A program made the translations under genes and the position numbers. The notes beneath the pieces are model-generated. The model saw nothing but the letters and a program-made list of their open reading frames with translations, had not been told where the DNA came from and ran no database searches. A stretch of DNA of 63,136 nt, the filler included. It is 4 parts of 4 records of this genome, joined end to end, with 100 filler letters (N's around TTAATTAATTAA, not from the genome) between each part and the next. Parts side by side here need not be neighbours in the genome. Positions count along the whole stretch, not along the records: positions 1 to 21,478 come from SRR20825010_644; 3 more parts are not named here. One strand, written 5' to 3'. This document shows positions 1-11,651 of the stretch, piece by piece. Position 1 is the stretch's first letter, and each line of letters starts with the position of its first letter.

Positions 1-161
1 GAGTTAAAGCGAAAAGTGCTGGATGCAGAGCGCAGCAGATCCATGTGACACACCCGGAAGGCCCGACGATATGCAAGCTCTATGCAGAACAGTTCGCGCA
101 ATTAAAAGATGCTGCGGGAGTAAAATATAGCAATTACTACTCACCAAGCCGGACTAACCGA

Positions 162-1154
162 ATGCCTGATGTTTTACTGAGAAACGGAACACGCTTCGCC
201 AGCAAACCCGATGCGTCAATACTTGACAACGCCCTGGGCAACGGAATTGCCCTGGAACACAGCTGCAAAACCGGTCAGTGCGGTGTTTGCGCAACCCGTG
301 TTGTGGCAGGCAATACTGTGGCATTGAAGGCTGAAATTAGCCTGACAAACGAGCAACGCGAACAAGGAGTGGTGCTGACATGCTGCCGTGCCGCAACAAG
401 CGACATAGAACTAGACACGGAAGACCTGCCTGAATTGCAAGGCCTGACTGTGAAAACCTGCCCAGCACGCATTGATTCGATTGACCAATTAAGCGATTCA
501 ATTGTGAAGGTGCTGCTGCGCACACCACCCAACAACAGCTTGCAGTTTTTGGCTGGCCAGTACATTTCAGTAATTGGCCCCAATGGCCTGAGAAGAAGTT
601 ATTCGGTGGCCAATGCACCACGGGCAGATGGGAAAATAGAACTTCACATTAAAAAAGTAGAGGGCGGTGCATTCAGCCAATACTGGTTTGAGCAAGCCAA
701 GGTAAACGACCTGCTGCGTTTTGAAGGCGCATTGGGCACATTTTTTGTGCGCTCCCCGATGCCGAAAAAGCTCCTTCTGTTGGCCACGGGAACAGGCTTG
801 GCCCCTATCAAGGCAATTCTGGAAAACCTTGACCAGCTAAACGAAGCGGAACGCCCCGAGGTTCATGTTTACTGGGGCAACCGCCATGAACAAGACATAT
901 ACACCGACCTGGCCGCAATTGCCGGACCTGGTGTAAAAGCTTGCTTGCTGTTAAGCCAGCCAGGCGCCAAATGGGCGGGCCGCGCTGGGTACGTACAGCA
1001 CGCAGCCCTAGAGGACCACCCGACCCTGGATAATTGTGCTGTTTACGCTTGCGGATCGATCACCATGATTGAATCGGCGAAAGCGGCATTGCTAAAAAGT
1101 GGGTTACCATCCTACAAATTCCATTCAGACGCCTTTGTGAGCTCGACCAAATGA
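162..1154 (+). CDS. ascD: CDP-6-deoxy-delta-3,4-glucoseen reductase (E3; 2Fe-2S ferredoxin + FAD/NAD reductase)
   Basis: Plant-type 2Fe-2S motif [11 protein letters not shown]...LTCC, RSYS FAD motif, ATGTGLAP and YACGS NAD motifs; first gene before rfbF/G/H. ATG at 162 preferred over GTG at 45 because the ferredoxin domain starts there. Confidence 0.85.
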   Translation: MPDVLLRNGTRFASKPDASILDNALGNGIALEHSCKTGQCGVCATRVVAGNTVALKAEISLTNEQREQGVVLTCCRAATSDIELDTEDLPELQGLTVKTCPARIDSIDQLSDSIVKVLLRTPPNNSLQFLAGQYISVIGPNGLRRSYSVANAPRADGKIELHIKKVEGGAFSQYWFEQAKVNDLLRFEGALGTFFVRSPMPKKLLLLATGTGLAPIKAILENLDQLNEAERPEVHVYWGNRHEQDIYTDLAAIAGPGVKACLLLSQPGAKWAGRAGYVQHAALEDHPTLDNCAVYACGSITMIESAKAALLKSGLPSYKFHSDAFVSSTK

Positions 1155-1924
1155 AAGCCGTAATTCTTGCCGGTGGCTTGGGCACACGCCTAAGCGAAGA
1201 AACCAGCCTTAAACCAAAACCCATGGTTGAAATTGGCGGCATGCCAATTTTGTGGCACATCATGAAATCATATTCTGCCCACGGAATCAACGACTTCATT
1301 ATTTGCTGTGGCTACAAAGGCTACGTCATCAAGGAATATTTTGCGAATTATTTCCTGCATCAATCCGACGTTACATTCGACATGCGAAGCAACACCATGG
1401 AAGTGCACCGCAAGCGGGCCGAGCCATGGACAGTAACGCTGGTTGACACGGGCGAAGATTCCATGACCGGTGGCCGCTTGGGCCGGGTTCGCAAGTTCAT
1501 TGAAAACGACGAAGCGTTTTGTTTCACATACGGTGATGGCGTTGGCGATATTGACATTTCTGCTTCCCTTGAGTTTCACAAAAAACACGGCAAAGCTGCC
1601 ACGCTGACCGCCACCTATCCACCCGGGCGATTTGGTGCGCTTGATATTAAAAGTGCCCAGGTAATGAACTTCAAAGAGAAGCCCAAAGGCGATGGCGCCA
1701 TGATCAACGGCGGCTTTTTTGTATTAAGCCCCAAAGTTTTAAGCTACCTTGGTGGTGACGACACCGTTTGGGAACAAGCGCCATTACAAAAGCTGGCGGA
1801 AGACGGTGAACTGATGGCTTTTGAGCACCAGGGTTTTTGGCAGCCTATGGACACGCTACGCGACAAACATTTGCTGGAAGAATTGTGGGCCAGCGGAAAA
1901 GCCCCGTGGAAAAAGTGGGACTAA
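1151..1924 (+). CDS. rfbF: Glucose-1-phosphate cytidylyltransferase
   Basis: [50 protein letters not shown]-terminal KAPWK; ATGA overlap with ascD. Confidence 0.97.
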   Translation: MKAVILAGGLGTRLSEETSLKPKPMVEIGGMPILWHIMKSYSAHGINDFIICCGYKGYVIKEYFANYFLHQSDVTFDMRSNTMEVHRKRAEPWTVTLVDTGEDSMTGGRLGRVRKFIENDEAFCFTYGDGVGDIDISASLEFHKKHGKAATLTATYPPGRFGALDIKSAQVMNFKEKPKGDGAMINGGFFVLSPKVLSYLGGDDTVWEQAPLQKLAEDGELMAFEHQGFWQPMDTLRDKHLLEELWASGKAPWKKWD

Positions 1925-1948
1925 GTTAAAACCAAGTTGGAATTGAGC

Positions 1949-3040
1949 ATGCACACAAACAGCAACGTTACCCCGGCTTTCTGGCAGGGCAAACGGGTTT
2001 TTCTGACAGGCCACACCGGTTTTAAAGGTGGCTGGGCTGCGCTGTGGCTGCAACATATGGGTGCAGTGGTGAAAGGCTTTTCATTGCCACCCCACACAAA
2101 CCCAAGTTTATTTGAGCAAGCCAACGTTGCTGACGGCATGGAAAGCGAATTCGGCGACATACGCGACCGCGAACACATTGAGCGCAGCATGGTGGCCTTT
2201 AACCCGGACATTTTGATCCACATGGCTGCCCAGCCACTTGTTCGCCTAAGTTACCGCGAACCGGTTGAAACCTACGCCACCAATGTAATGGGTACGGTGC
2301 ATGTGTTCGAGGCCGCACGCAAGTGTGCCAACCTGAAAGCGATTGTGAATATAACCACCGACAAGTGCTATGAGAACCGCGAATGGGAATGGGGGTACCG
2401 CGAGAACGAACCCATGGGCGGGCACGACCCCTACAGCAACAGCAAGGGCTGCGCTGAACTGGTAACCAGCGCCTATCGCAAATCGTTTTTCAGCGCGCCC
2501 GGCACACCTTCACTGGCCAGCGTACGCGCGGGCAATGTAATTGGTGGTGGCGACTGGGCCGAAGACCGCCTGATTCCCGACATTCTGAATGCCTTTGAGA
2601 ACAAGCAACCAGTGGTTATTCGCAACCCACATGCCACCCGGCCATGGCAGCATGTGCTGGAACCACTGAGTGGTTACTTCATGCTTGCCGAACAACTGTA
2701 CAACAGCGAACAAAAAACATTCGCAGAAGGCTGGAATTTCGGCCCAGTTGAAGACGACGCAAAACCTGTTCAATGGATTGTTGAACGATTGGTAACACAC
2801 TGGGGCAATGGTGCAAGCTGGCAACTGGATGGTGGCGAACACCCCCACGAGGCCAATTACCTGAAGCTGGACATTTCAAAAGTTAAAAAACATTTGGGCT
2901 GGCAACCCCGCTGGGGTTTGAACACAGCCCTGGACAAAATTATTGAATGGCACAAAGCCTGGCTTCAAGGTGAGAACATGAAGCAGATGTGCCTTCAACA
3001 AATTCAAGAGTATTCACAACGCCCCGACGGCACGCAGTAA
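1949..3040 (+). CDS. rfbG: CDP-glucose 4,6-dehydratase
   Basis: FWQGKRVFLTGHTGFKGGW, HMAAQPLVR, TTDKCYEN, DPYSNSK, RAGNVIGGGDW, RPWQHVLEPL; ATG at 1949. Confidence 0.97.
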   Translation: MHTNSNVTPAFWQGKRVFLTGHTGFKGGWAALWLQHMGAVVKGFSLPPHTNPSLFEQANVADGMESEFGDIRDREHIERSMVAFNPDILIHMAAQPLVRLSYREPVETYATNVMGTVHVFEAARKCANLKAIVNITTDKCYENREWEWGYRENEPMGGHDPYSNSKGCAELVTSAYRKSFFSAPGTPSLASVRAGNVIGGGDWAEDRLIPDILNAFENKQPVVIRNPHATRPWQHVLEPLSGYFMLAEQLYNSEQKTFAEGWNFGPVEDDAKPVQWIVERLVTHWGNGASWQLDGGEHPHEANYLKLDISKVKKHLGWQPRWGLNTALDKIIEWHKAWLQGENMKQMCLQQIQEYSQRPDGTQ

Positions 3041-3052
3041 AGGAATTGCACA

Positions 3053-4393
3053 ATGAACGAGCCAGTTACATTTCATAAAACCAACCCGGAAGCACTGCGT
3101 GCTCAAATTGCGGAACTGGTTCAACAGTACGCCGATGCAGTACACGCACCCAAGGCTTTTGTGCCCGGCGAAAGTGCTGTACCCGTTTCCGGCAAAGTGG
3201 TGGGGGCACCTGAAATTCAAATGATGGTTGAAGCCAGCCTGGATTGCTGGCTGACCACCGGGCGCTTCAACACCATGTTTGAAGCCCGCCTGGCGAAGTT
3301 TCTCGGCGTGAAGCATGTGCTTACCGTGAACTCGGGGTCATCTGCCAACCTGGTTGCGTTTTCAACACTGACCAGCCCAAAACTGGGCGACCGTGCGATT
3401 AAACCCGGCGATGAAGTAATTGGCGTGGCGGCAGGCTTCCCCACCACAGTGAACCCGATTTTGCAGTTTGGCGCGGTGCCCGTGTTTGTGGACGTAGACC
3501 TGCACACCCACAACATTGATGCCACAAAAATTGAGGCCGCCATTGGCCCAAAAACCAAAGCAATTATGCTGGCGCACAGCCTTGGCAACCCCTTTAACCT
3601 GGATGTGGTTACCGCCCTGTGCAAGAAGTACAACCTTTGGCTGGTTGAAGACACCTGCGATGCCTTGGGTGCCAAATACAACGGCCAAACCGTGGGCACC
3701 TTTGGTGACATTGCAACGTTAAGCTTTTACCCGGCGCACCATATTACGATGGGCGAAGGCGGTGCTGTTTTTACCAACAACGACGAGCTGAAAGTAATTG
3801 CAGAAAGCTTTCGCGACTGGGGCCGCGACTGCTATTGCCCCCCCGGTAAAGACAACACCTGCAACAAGCGCTTTTGCTGGAAGCTGGGTGAGCTGCCTGA
3901 AGGTTACGACCACAAGTACACCTACAGCCACGCTGGTTACAACTTGAAAATTACTGACATGCAAGCAGCCTGTGCGCTGGCGCAAATGGACCGCCTTGAA
4001 GGTTTTATTGCTGCACGTAAAGCGAATTACGAATACCTGCGTGGCAAGCTGGAAGCACTTCAGGATTACTTTCACCTGCCAGTGGCCACACCCAATTCCG
4101 AACCCTCATGGTTTGGATTCCCTTTGGTGCTGAAAGAAGAAAGTGGGGTTAAGCGTGTGGACCTGTTGAATTACCTGGACCAAGCCAGAATTGGCACGCG
4201 TTTGCTGTTTGCTGGCAACCTGACCCGCCAGCCCTACATGATTGGCCGCAACTTCCGCATTAGCGGCGAATTGACCAACACCGACATTGTGATGAACCAA
4301 ACCTTCTGGCTGGGTGTGTACCCAGGGTTGACCACCGAGCATTTGGATTATGTGGTGCATAAGATTGAAGAGTTTTTTGGGGTGGGTTTCTAG
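3053..4393 (+). CDS. rfbH: CDP-4-keto-6-deoxyglucose 3-dehydrase (E1, DdhC/RfbH)
   Basis: [14 protein letters not shown] (His in place of the PLP Lys), [17 protein letters not shown]e-S cysteines, YDHKYTYSH. Confidence 0.97.
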   Translation: MNEPVTFHKTNPEALRAQIAELVQQYADAVHAPKAFVPGESAVPVSGKVVGAPEIQMMVEASLDCWLTTGRFNTMFEARLAKFLGVKHVLTVNSGSSANLVAFSTLTSPKLGDRAIKPGDEVIGVAAGFPTTVNPILQFGAVPVFVDVDLHTHNIDATKIEAAIGPKTKAIMLAHSLGNPFNLDVVTALCKKYNLWLVEDTCDALGAKYNGQTVGTFGDIATLSFYPAHHITMGEGGAVFTNNDELKVIAESFRDWGRDCYCPPGKDNTCNKRFCWKLGELPEGYDHKYTYSHAGYNLKITDMQAACALAQMDRLEGFIAARKANYEYLRGKLEALQDYFHLPVATPNSEPSWFGFPLVLKEESGVKRVDLLNYLDQARIGTRLLFAGNLTRQPYMIGRNFRISGELTNTDIVMNQTFWLGVYPGLTTEHLDYVVHKIEEFFGVGF

Positions 4394-5281
4394 TTGGCCT
4401 TGGCAGTATTGGTCACCGGGGGCAGTGGCTACCTTGGAAGCCACTTGGTTAAAGCCTTTGTCAAGCAGGGTTACCGGGTCGGAGCCTTGGTGCGTTCAAC
4501 GTCCTCCAGAGAAAGGCTAAATAGTCAGGATAAAAGCTTTAAATTACTTTCTGCAGACACACTGGATGATGTGGAAAATGCAGTTCAGAAATTTTCCCCG
4601 GATGTAATTGTTCACACAGCATGTTCATACGGACGAAAAAGCGAAACACCGTTTGAAGTGTTTCAAGCCAATGTTGCCTTGGGCATGGCAATGTTGAAAA
4701 CATCGGTTTCGTTGGGAAAACCACTAACGTTTGTCAACACCGGAACGGTTCTTCCAGCCAACTCAAATTTGTATGCACTTACAAAAAATCAGTTCAGCGA
4801 CTTGGGACGGCATGTATCGGAATCCAGCTCAAACAAACTACAGTTCATCGACGTTGCCTTGCAGCACATGTTAGGGCCACATGACGACACCAGCAAATTC
4901 ACAAGCTTTGTAATTCAAGGGTGTGCCAACAATGTCGACTCCATTGCCTTAAGCAATGGTGAACAGCGCCGTGATTTCATTTTCATCGCAGACGTAGTGA
5001 ACGCGTATCAAACATTGATTTCGAAGCGACAGGAAATAACGGCCTACGAACGAATTGAAATGGGCTCGGGATTTGCTGTGGCAATTAAAGACTTCGTGGA
5101 ACTTGTAAAGCGCCTAAGCGGAGCAAGTACCACTTTGAATTTTGGGGCAGTACCAAGCCGCCCCAATGACCCACCTGAACTTAAAGCCGACATCAGTCGT
5201 TTGGCTTTGTTAGGCTGGTCACCAGCATTTACGCTGGAAAACGGAATCAAAGAAACATTAAGACAGGAACATAATCAATGA
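4394..5281 (+). CDS. CDP-3,6-dideoxyhexose 4-reductase (CDP-paratose synthase Prt/RfbS or abequose synthase-like SDR)
   Basis: TGGSGYLG Rossmann motif, [14 protein letters not shown] catalytic motif, [10 protein letters not shown]; lies between rfbH and the 2-epimerase. TTG start is uncertain. Confidence 0.75.
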   Translation: MALAVLVTGGSGYLGSHLVKAFVKQGYRVGALVRSTSSRERLNSQDKSFKLLSADTLDDVENAVQKFSPDVIVHTACSYGRKSETPFEVFQANVALGMAMLKTSVSLGKPLTFVNTGTVLPANSNLYALTKNQFSDLGRHVSESSSNKLQFIDVALQHMLGPHDDTSKFTSFVIQGCANNVDSIALSNGEQRRDFIFIADVVNAYQTLISKRQEITAYERIEMGSGFAVAIKDFVELVKRLSGASTTLNFGAVPSRPNDPPELKADISRLALLGWSPAFTLENGIKETLRQEHNQ

Positions 5282-6300
5282 AACTATTGATCACAGGTGG
5301 CTGCGGATTTTTGGGAAGTAACCTTGCGGCAGATGCCATCGCCAGGGGAGATGAAGTTGTCGTGTTCGACAACCTGTACCGAAATGGCTCAAGAGACAAT
5401 TTGCTATGGCTTCAAGGTCTGGGTCATTTTCAGTTTCAGCATGGTGATATTAGGAATCAAAATGACGTGACCAGGATTGTGTCGAAGTTTCGGCCCGATT
5501 CAATTTTTCACCTGGCTGGGCAGGTCGCCATGACCACCTCCATCTCAGATCCAAGAATGGATTTTGAGGTGAACGTAATGGGTACACACAATTTGCTGGA
5601 AGCCGTACGATTGAATTCCAAAGACTCGATTGTTGTTTATTCTTCGACAAATAAAGTCTACGGTGATCTTGAACAATTTACCTACAAAGAAACTGAAAGC
5701 CGATACCAGTGTGTTGAGCGCCCAAACGGGTTTGATGAAAGTACACAACTGGAGTTTCATTCTCCTTACGGATGTTCAAAGGGTGCAGCAGACCAATACA
5801 TGCTGGACTATGCAAGAATCTTCGGTTTGAAGACCGTGGTATTTCGCCATTCGTCAATGTATGGCGGACGCCAATTCGCGACCTACGATCAGGGCTGGGT
5901 GGGTTGGTTTTGCCAAAAGGCCATTGAGACCAGCCAAGGAAAATTAAAGGAAGCGTTCACAATTTCCGGAAATGGAAAGCAGGTTCGGGATGTCTTGCAT
6001 GCAGAAGACATGAAGCGTCTATACATGGCTGCAGTCAACAACATTGACAAAGCAAAAGGGCAAGCTTTCAACATTGGGGGAGCCATCGACAATAGCTTGT
6101 CACTGCTCGAACTGTTCGCTTTGCTTGATGAGTTACTGAACACCAATATGACTTACACAAAACTTCCGGTGCGCGAAAGTGATCAACGTGTATTTGTAGC
6201 CGACATTCAAAAAGCAAAGAATCTTCTCAGCTGGACACCTCAAGTATCAGCACAGGAAGGTGTAACGAAAATGGTAGATTGGCTGAAGAACCATTTGTAA
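5278..6300 (+). CDS. rfbE: CDP-paratose 2-epimerase (CDP-tyvelose epimerase, Tyv)
   Basis: [77 protein letters not shown], characteristic of Salmonella/Yersinia RfbE/Tyv. Confidence 0.93.
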   Translation: MKLLITGGCGFLGSNLAADAIARGDEVVVFDNLYRNGSRDNLLWLQGLGHFQFQHGDIRNQNDVTRIVSKFRPDSIFHLAGQVAMTTSISDPRMDFEVNVMGTHNLLEAVRLNSKDSIVVYSSTNKVYGDLEQFTYKETESRYQCVERPNGFDESTQLEFHSPYGCSKGAADQYMLDYARIFGLKTVVFRHSSMYGGRQFATYDQGWVGWFCQKAIETSQGKLKEAFTISGNGKQVRDVLHAEDMKRLYMAAVNNIDKAKGQAFNIGGAIDNSLSLLELFALLDELLNTNMTYTKLPVRESDQRVFVADIQKAKNLLSWTPQVSAQEGVTKMVDWLKNHL

Positions 6301-6320
6301 TAATCAGCGGTACGACCATG

Positions 6321-7487
6321 CTAATCGTTACCAAATAAATCCCTGGTATACACCTTGTGTGCCACGTCACTTAATTCATCAACACGCCGGTTACATAGAA
6401 TCAAATCGGCCTGTTGCTTGAATTGCTCGAGGTTGTTCACCACCCTGCTTCTGAAGAACTCTGGTTCTTGTAGTACCGGTTCATACACAATTACTTCAAT
6501 GCCCTTGGCTTTGATGCGCTTCATGATGCCCTGAATGGCCGACGACCTGAAGTTGTCACTACCCGCTTTCATCACCAGCCTGTAAACGCCCACTACCTTG
6601 GGGTTTCTGGCCACCACATCGGCAGCAATAAAATCCTTCCTTGTGGTGTTGGCATCCACAATTGCTTGAATCATGTTCTGCGGCACATCGCTGTAGTTGG
6701 CCAGCAGTTGCTTGGTGTCTTTGGGCAAACAATAACCACCGTATCCGAAACTAGGGTTGTTGTAGTGGTTGCCTATGCGAGGATCCAGTGCCACGCCTTC
6801 AATAATTTGGCGGGAATCTAAATTGTGCCGTGCAGCGTACGTATCCAGTTCATTGAAGTAGGCCACGCGCATAGCCAGGTAAGTATTGGCAAACAGCTTG
6901 ATGGCCTCAGCTTCTGTGCTGCCGGTAAACAGGGTCGGTATATTTTGTTTGACGGCTCCTTGCTGCAACAAGGAAGCAAACTGTTGAGCCCGCTCGCTTT
7001 GCTCACCCACCACAATGCGACTGGGGTAAAGGTTGTCGTAAAGGGCTTTGCCTTCACGCAAGAATTCGGGGCTGAATATGATTTGGTTCGTATCCAGCTT
7101 TTTGCGCAGTTGTTCTGTGTAGCCCACCGGTATGGTGCTTTTAATCACCATGGTGGCTTGTGGGTTGATGGCCAGTACATCTGCCGCTACAGCCTCAATT
7201 GATTGGGTATTGAAGTGGTTGGTTTGCGCATCGTAATCGGTGGGGGTGGCGATGATTACAAACGTCGCCCCCATGTAGGCATCTTCTTTGTGGGTGGTGG
7301 CTTTGAAGTTGAGCTGCTTGTTGGCCAGAAAGTCCTCAATCTCAGCATCATGAATGGGCGATTTTTTCTGATTCAGCAAATCAACCTTGGCTTGAACAAT
7401 ATCAAGCGCGACCACTTCATTGTGCTGGGCCAGCAGCATGGCGTTCGATAAGCCCACGTAACCAGTGCCTGCAATTGCTATTTTCAT
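6321..7487 (-). CDS. ugd: UDP-glucose 6-dehydrogenase
   Basis: [40 protein letters not shown]. Confidence 0.97.
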   Translation of the reverse strand: MKIAIAGTGYVGLSNAMLLAQHNEVVALDIVQAKVDLLNQKKSPIHDAEIEDFLANKQLNFKATTHKEDAYMGATFVIIATPTDYDAQTNHFNTQSIEAVAADVLAINPQATMVIKSTIPVGYTEQLRKKLDTNQIIFSPEFLREGKALYDNLYPSRIVVGEQSERAQQFASLLQQGAVKQNIPTLFTGSTEAEAIKLFANTYLAMRVAYFNELDTYAARHNLDSRQIIEGVALDPRIGNHYNNPSFGYGGYCLPKDTKQLLANYSDVPQNMIQAIVDANTTRKDFIAADVVARNPKVVGVYRLVMKAGSDNFRSSAIQGIMKRIKAKGIEVIVYEPVLQEPEFFRSRVVNNLEQFKQQADLILCNRRVDELSDVAHKVYTRDLFGND

Positions 7488-7571
7488 GAGAAACCCGGGC
7501 CTGCGCCCTGTGAATGTTGAATGGCTTTAGAATAACGGATTGCGCAAAGCACAAAAGCGGAATACGAACGA

Positions 7572-8507
7572 ATGAAAAGCAGAATATTGGTTACTGGCGG
7601 TGCAGGTTTTTTGGGTTCGCACCTGTGCGAACGTTTGCTGGCCGAAGGCAACGAGGTAATTTGCGCTGACAATTATTTTACCGGCAGCAAAGAAAATGTT
7701 GCCCACCTGCTCAATAACCCATACTTTGAGTTGATTCGGCACGATGTGACATTTCCGCTTTACATTGAAGTAGACCAAATTTACAATCTGGCCTGCCCTG
7801 CAAGCCCGGTGCATTACCAGCACGACCCGGTGCAAACCACCAAAACCAGCGTGCACGGCGCAATCAATATGCTGGGCCTTGCCAAGCGGGTAAAAGCCAG
7901 AATTTTCCAGGCCAGCACCAGCGAGGTGTACGGTGACCCGGAAGTACACCCACAGCCAGAAGAATACTGGGGCCGCGTGAACCCGATTGGTATTCGCAGT
8001 TGTTACGACGAGGGCAAGCGTTGCGCCGAAACACTGTTTTTCGATTACTACCGCCAACACAATCTGGACATTAAAGTGGCCCGAATTTTCAACACCTATG
8101 GCCCACGCATGCACCCCAATGATGGTCGCGTGGTGAGCAACTTTATTGTGCAGGCGTTGAAAGGCAAGGACATTACGATATTTGGCGATGGTAGCCAAAC
8201 CCGCAGCTTTTGCTACGTGGACGATTTGATCGAAGGTTTTATTCGCTTGATGAACACCGAGCCCGGCTTTACTGGGCCGGTGAACCTAGGCAACCCTGGC
8301 GAATTTACGATGCTGGAACTTGCGGAAAAAGTGATCGAATTGACTGGATCGAAAAGCAAGCTGACCTTCATGCCGCTGCCGCAAGATGACCCCAAGCAGC
8401 GCCAACCCAATATTGAATTGGCCAAAGCGAAATTGGGTTGGGAACCCAAGGTAAACCTGGAAACCGGGTTGAGAAGAACGATCGATTACTTTAAAACGAT
8501 CTCCTAA
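7572..8507 (+). CDS. uxs: UDP-glucuronate decarboxylase (UDP-xylose synthase)
   Basis: [60 protein letters not shown]. Confidence 0.93.
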   Translation: MKSRILVTGGAGFLGSHLCERLLAEGNEVICADNYFTGSKENVAHLLNNPYFELIRHDVTFPLYIEVDQIYNLACPASPVHYQHDPVQTTKTSVHGAINMLGLAKRVKARIFQASTSEVYGDPEVHPQPEEYWGRVNPIGIRSCYDEGKRCAETLFFDYYRQHNLDIKVARIFNTYGPRMHPNDGRVVSNFIVQALKGKDITIFGDGSQTRSFCYVDDLIEGFIRLMNTEPGFTGPVNLGNPGEFTMLELAEKVIELTGSKSKLTFMPLPQDDPKQRQPNIELAKAKLGWEPKVNLETGLRRTIDYFKTIS

Positions 8508-9475
8508 ATTTTAAGCGTTGGGTTTGCTGCACGTAATTCTGCATTTCTGCGCATACGATTGCGAAGCAAAGGAATGGCAGAAAACCCCGATATAAAAAAC
8601 TCGAGAAAAGTACCGCGAGCCTCCCGCTCCTTGTAGTACTTCAAGGGGGAAATCCAGCCACCTCTTCTGACAGAATCGAGCCAGGTCAGGAATAGAAAAC
8701 CCAGCAATTCGCTTTTAGCGAGATAACTTTTTGCAAAATAAGCAAGGCTCGCCAAGTATGCCCGATGTACCTGATTATCCAAATTTTCGGCTGTGAATGA
8801 GCCTTCGTGACTTCGAAAATAAACGAGTGGTTTGTTCACGTGCGCGACCATACCATATTGATGAGCAGTCAATAGTTGCACCATGCAATCAGGACCTGCA
8901 CCGTGGCGATCAAAGTAATGTAACTGCGCGGTGTTGAAAGTCATATGCAAATTGAGCAAGAAACTTTCCCGCCTCATCAATGTTGCACAGGGGCTATATG
9001 GTGCGCGCGCGACCAACATTCTGTGAATATATTCGCCAGAGGATAAAACGCCGCTCTTGCTGGCGCGGTAATAGCACGGCGCTGTAGATTGCTTTGGACC
9101 AATGAGCGCCGCACAATAGGCCATCCCAATATTCGCTTGCAACTGAATTGCATTGACTAGTTCTTCGAGACACGCTGGTAATAGCATATCGTCGCTAAAC
9201 AAGACTTTGACATATTCACCTTGTGCATGTTCTGCACATGTCTTCCAGTTCCTGACTGGACCAATGTTTTCCGAATTCTGAAATACCCTCACGCGTGAAT
9301 CACGCCCAGCAAGATCCCTACAAATTTCGAGTGTGCGATCAGTGCTGCAGTTATCAACAACAATTACTTCTAGATACGGATAGCTTTGGGTCAAAGCTGA
9401 CTGAATACAATCATGAATATATGCCTCTCGATTGTAAGTAGGAACCAATACACTGACCAATGGATTTTTAATCAT
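8504..9475 (-). CDS. Glycosyltransferase family 2
   Basis: [37 protein letters not shown]. Confidence 0.9.
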   Translation of the reverse strand: MIKNPLVSVLVPTYNREAYIHDCIQSALTQSYPYLEVIVVDNCSTDRTLEICRDLAGRDSRVRVFQNSENIGPVRNWKTCAEHAQGEYVKVLFSDDMLLPACLEELVNAIQLQANIGMAYCAALIGPKQSTAPCYYRASKSGVLSSGEYIHRMLVARAPYSPCATLMRRESFLLNLHMTFNTAQLHYFDRHGAGPDCMVQLLTAHQYGMVAHVNKPLVYFRSHEGSFTAENLDNQVHRAYLASLAYFAKSYLAKSELLGFLFLTWLDSVRRGGWISPLKYYKEREARGTFLEFFISGFSAIPLLRNRMRRNAELRAANPTLKI

Positions 9476-10842
9476 GACAAGCGACCTAATTTAAACAACA
9501 CCGTGTAGGGAATGATGAAGCACAAAATATATGCAGTAATATTTGCCCCCACCAAGCCATTCAAGCCATATCGGTTCACAAGTATGAATTTGAGAGGCAA
9601 TACGATTAAAACAAAAAAACAGGCCAAAACAACTTGAACTTTAACAATACCAACCCCATTCAAAAACATGCTTAAGGCGTTACCTGTAATTTCAAGAAAA
9701 ACCCATAGTGCAAACAACCAAATGAACACGTGGTCTACATGAATGCGATGATTGGATAAAAAATCGAATACCCAAGGGCTGATAAGTGCCATGACAATTA
9801 CGCCCAGCCCTCCGCCTATGCCGGATAATAGAATACTTCGCCTGAATAGCTGTTTGATATAATTTGAGTTACCTTTGGACTTCGCATCAACATATGCTGG
9901 CCAAAAGGGTGCGTTCAATATTGCGAAAGGCTGGGACACAAACTGGAAAACGCGCTGTGCGAGAGCAAATGACGCAACAGCCGCAACACCGATTGTTGAA
10001 GAAATGATCAAGCTGTCTCCACCCCAACCCACAATCACCGCAATTTGCAAAACAAAAAACAAGCCACCCACTGAAAGTACTTCTGACGCGTGTAACCTCA
10101 AAGCAGCCACCGCACCAGACAACCCTAGATAGCGTTGGCGTATTAGCTGAGCCATTAGTAGAAAACCTGAAATGCAAACGGGGCTCAATGTAACGGCCAG
10201 CAATACAGGAATGCCCACCTTGTGAAACGACAGTACATACAAACTAGCAATAGCAACAGCAAAAATGACAATTTGTACGGTATTGGCAATATGTGCCCGC
10301 TGCATGCCTGCATAGGCTTTGATCACAGCATTGGAGAATAAAAAACACGCAAACAGTGGGTAAAACCACCGGACGGTCTGCTCAATTTCTTGCAACAGCG
10401 AAAGGGATTCGGTTTTAAACAAACGAGACCACGGGATATATGAATGTGCCAGATTGAGTATAAAAAAAACAATCAAGGAAATTAGCGCCACCACCAACAA
10501 ACCGCCAGTGAGCGCTGAACGGGCCTGAGGATGACCTTGAGCAAGTGCCTTGGATACGTGATTGGTCAAAGCATTACCAACACCAAGGTCGAGAAATGAC
10601 AGTACAGTTGCCACGCTAAGAATTGCCATCCATGCACCAAAACGCTCCTCTCCCAGATAAGGTAAGGTCCAGGAGATGCCGGCCAAAACAAGCAGCATGG
10701 CGGCGCCTTTACTGCCGGCATTGGCAAACATGGAAAGAAGCGCAATTCGATTCCGTTCTTGATCCAAACCCTCCGCAGTACTTACATCGAAGGGCTTAAA
10801 ACGCAGATAGAGCCTTACTTTTTGGAATATGAGAGGTGCCAT
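9472..10842 (-). CDS. wzx: Wzx-type oligosaccharide flippase
   Basis: Many hydrophobic helices, YLGEERFGAW, FLDLGVGNAL, PFWPAY; located among glycosyltransferases. Confidence 0.85.
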   Translation of the reverse strand: MAPLIFQKVRLYLRFKPFDVSTAEGLDQERNRIALLSMFANAGSKGAAMLLVLAGISWTLPYLGEERFGAWMAILSVATVLSFLDLGVGNALTNHVSKALAQGHPQARSALTGGLLVVALISLIVFFILNLAHSYIPWSRLFKTESLSLLQEIEQTVRWFYPLFACFLFSNAVIKAYAGMQRAHIANTVQIVIFAVAIASLYVLSFHKVGIPVLLAVTLSPVCISGFLLMAQLIRQRYLGLSGAVAALRLHASEVLSVGGLFFVLQIAVIVGWGGDSLIISSTIGVAAVASFALAQRVFQFVSQPFAILNAPFWPAYVDAKSKGNSNYIKQLFRRSILLSGIGGGLGVIVMALISPWVFDFLSNHRIHVDHVFIWLFALWVFLEITGNALSMFLNGVGIVKVQVVLACFFVLIVLPLKFILVNRYGLNGLVGANITAYILCFIIPYTVLFKLGRLS

Positions 10843-11651
10843 GGGGCAGGTAGTTGCCTGTTGAGTTTTTGCACTGCCAATAACGGGCCTAATTGTCCGG
10901 CTGTTAAATAAGACAACAAGCGAATAAGTTGATGCTTCAGTGTAATTGGGTGATCAAAAGACTCACCAAGAACATCTTCAAGCTGACTTCTCATTTTGTC
11001 AGCATTTGAGCCACTAAGGGAATCTGGGCGAATCCGAAACCCGGCAATCGGGAGATTAGATTCAACCGCCCCTCTTTTGGGCGTATTCATTAAAAATTTG
11101 AGTAACTCGTACTCGAATGCCAGTGTGTGTCGGGTCGAAAACTCACCGAACTCTTTCCATACATCTGAGGAAAAAAACAAAGCGCCAGTGAACACATTCG
11201 AGTGCCCTTTGAAGCCCCAAGGCTTGGGTACGATCCATGGAAGCAATACCCGGTAAAGGTCCCCACTGTCCGAGACCATTCCGCACAAGGCAACCAAATA
11301 ATCGATTGGAGATTTCTCGAAATTCTGCACGACCAAAGACAATGCGTCGGGATGAAGGTACATGTCGTCGCAGTTCAACCATGCAAATATTTCACCTTGG
11401 GCACATGAGAAACCCTTGTTAATTCCATCGGGCAAATTATTGTCACTGCGAGAAACTATTTTGACTCTCGGATCATGCAGATCTTCGGCAATCGCAAGGG
11501 TTGAATCGGTTGATCCTGCATCGCAAATTAACAACTCAAAATTTTTATAGCTTTGGTTACAAACACTGTAGAGCGCGTCGCGAATATATTTTTCTCCATT
11601 GAGTGTGGGCATAACCACGGAAATCAAAGGAGAGACATCAGAGATAGTCAT
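10815..11651 (-). CDS. Glycosyltransferase family 2
   Basis: ISVVMPTLNGEKYI, DAGSTD, INKGF, WLNCDD. Confidence 0.9.
   Translation of the reverse strand: MTISDVSPLISVVMPTLNGEKYIRDALYSVCNQSYKNFELLICDAGSTDSTLAIAEDLHDPRVKIVSRSDNNLPDGINKGFSCAQGEIFAWLNCDDMYLHPDALSLVVQNFEKSPIDYLVALCGMVSDSGDLYRVLLPWIVPKPWGFKGHSNVFTGALFFSSDVWKEFGEFSTRHTLAFEYELLKFLMNTPKRGAVESNLPIAGFRIRPDSLSGSNADKMRSQLEDVLGESFDHPITLKHQLIRLLSYLTAGQLGPLLAVQKLNRQLPAPWHLSYSKK

Noticed and set aside
1..161. Frame open from the window start into ascD, suggesting a fusion
   Set aside because: The upstream peptide has no recognisable motif and the 162 start gives a normal-length E3; cannot be tested at the window edge.
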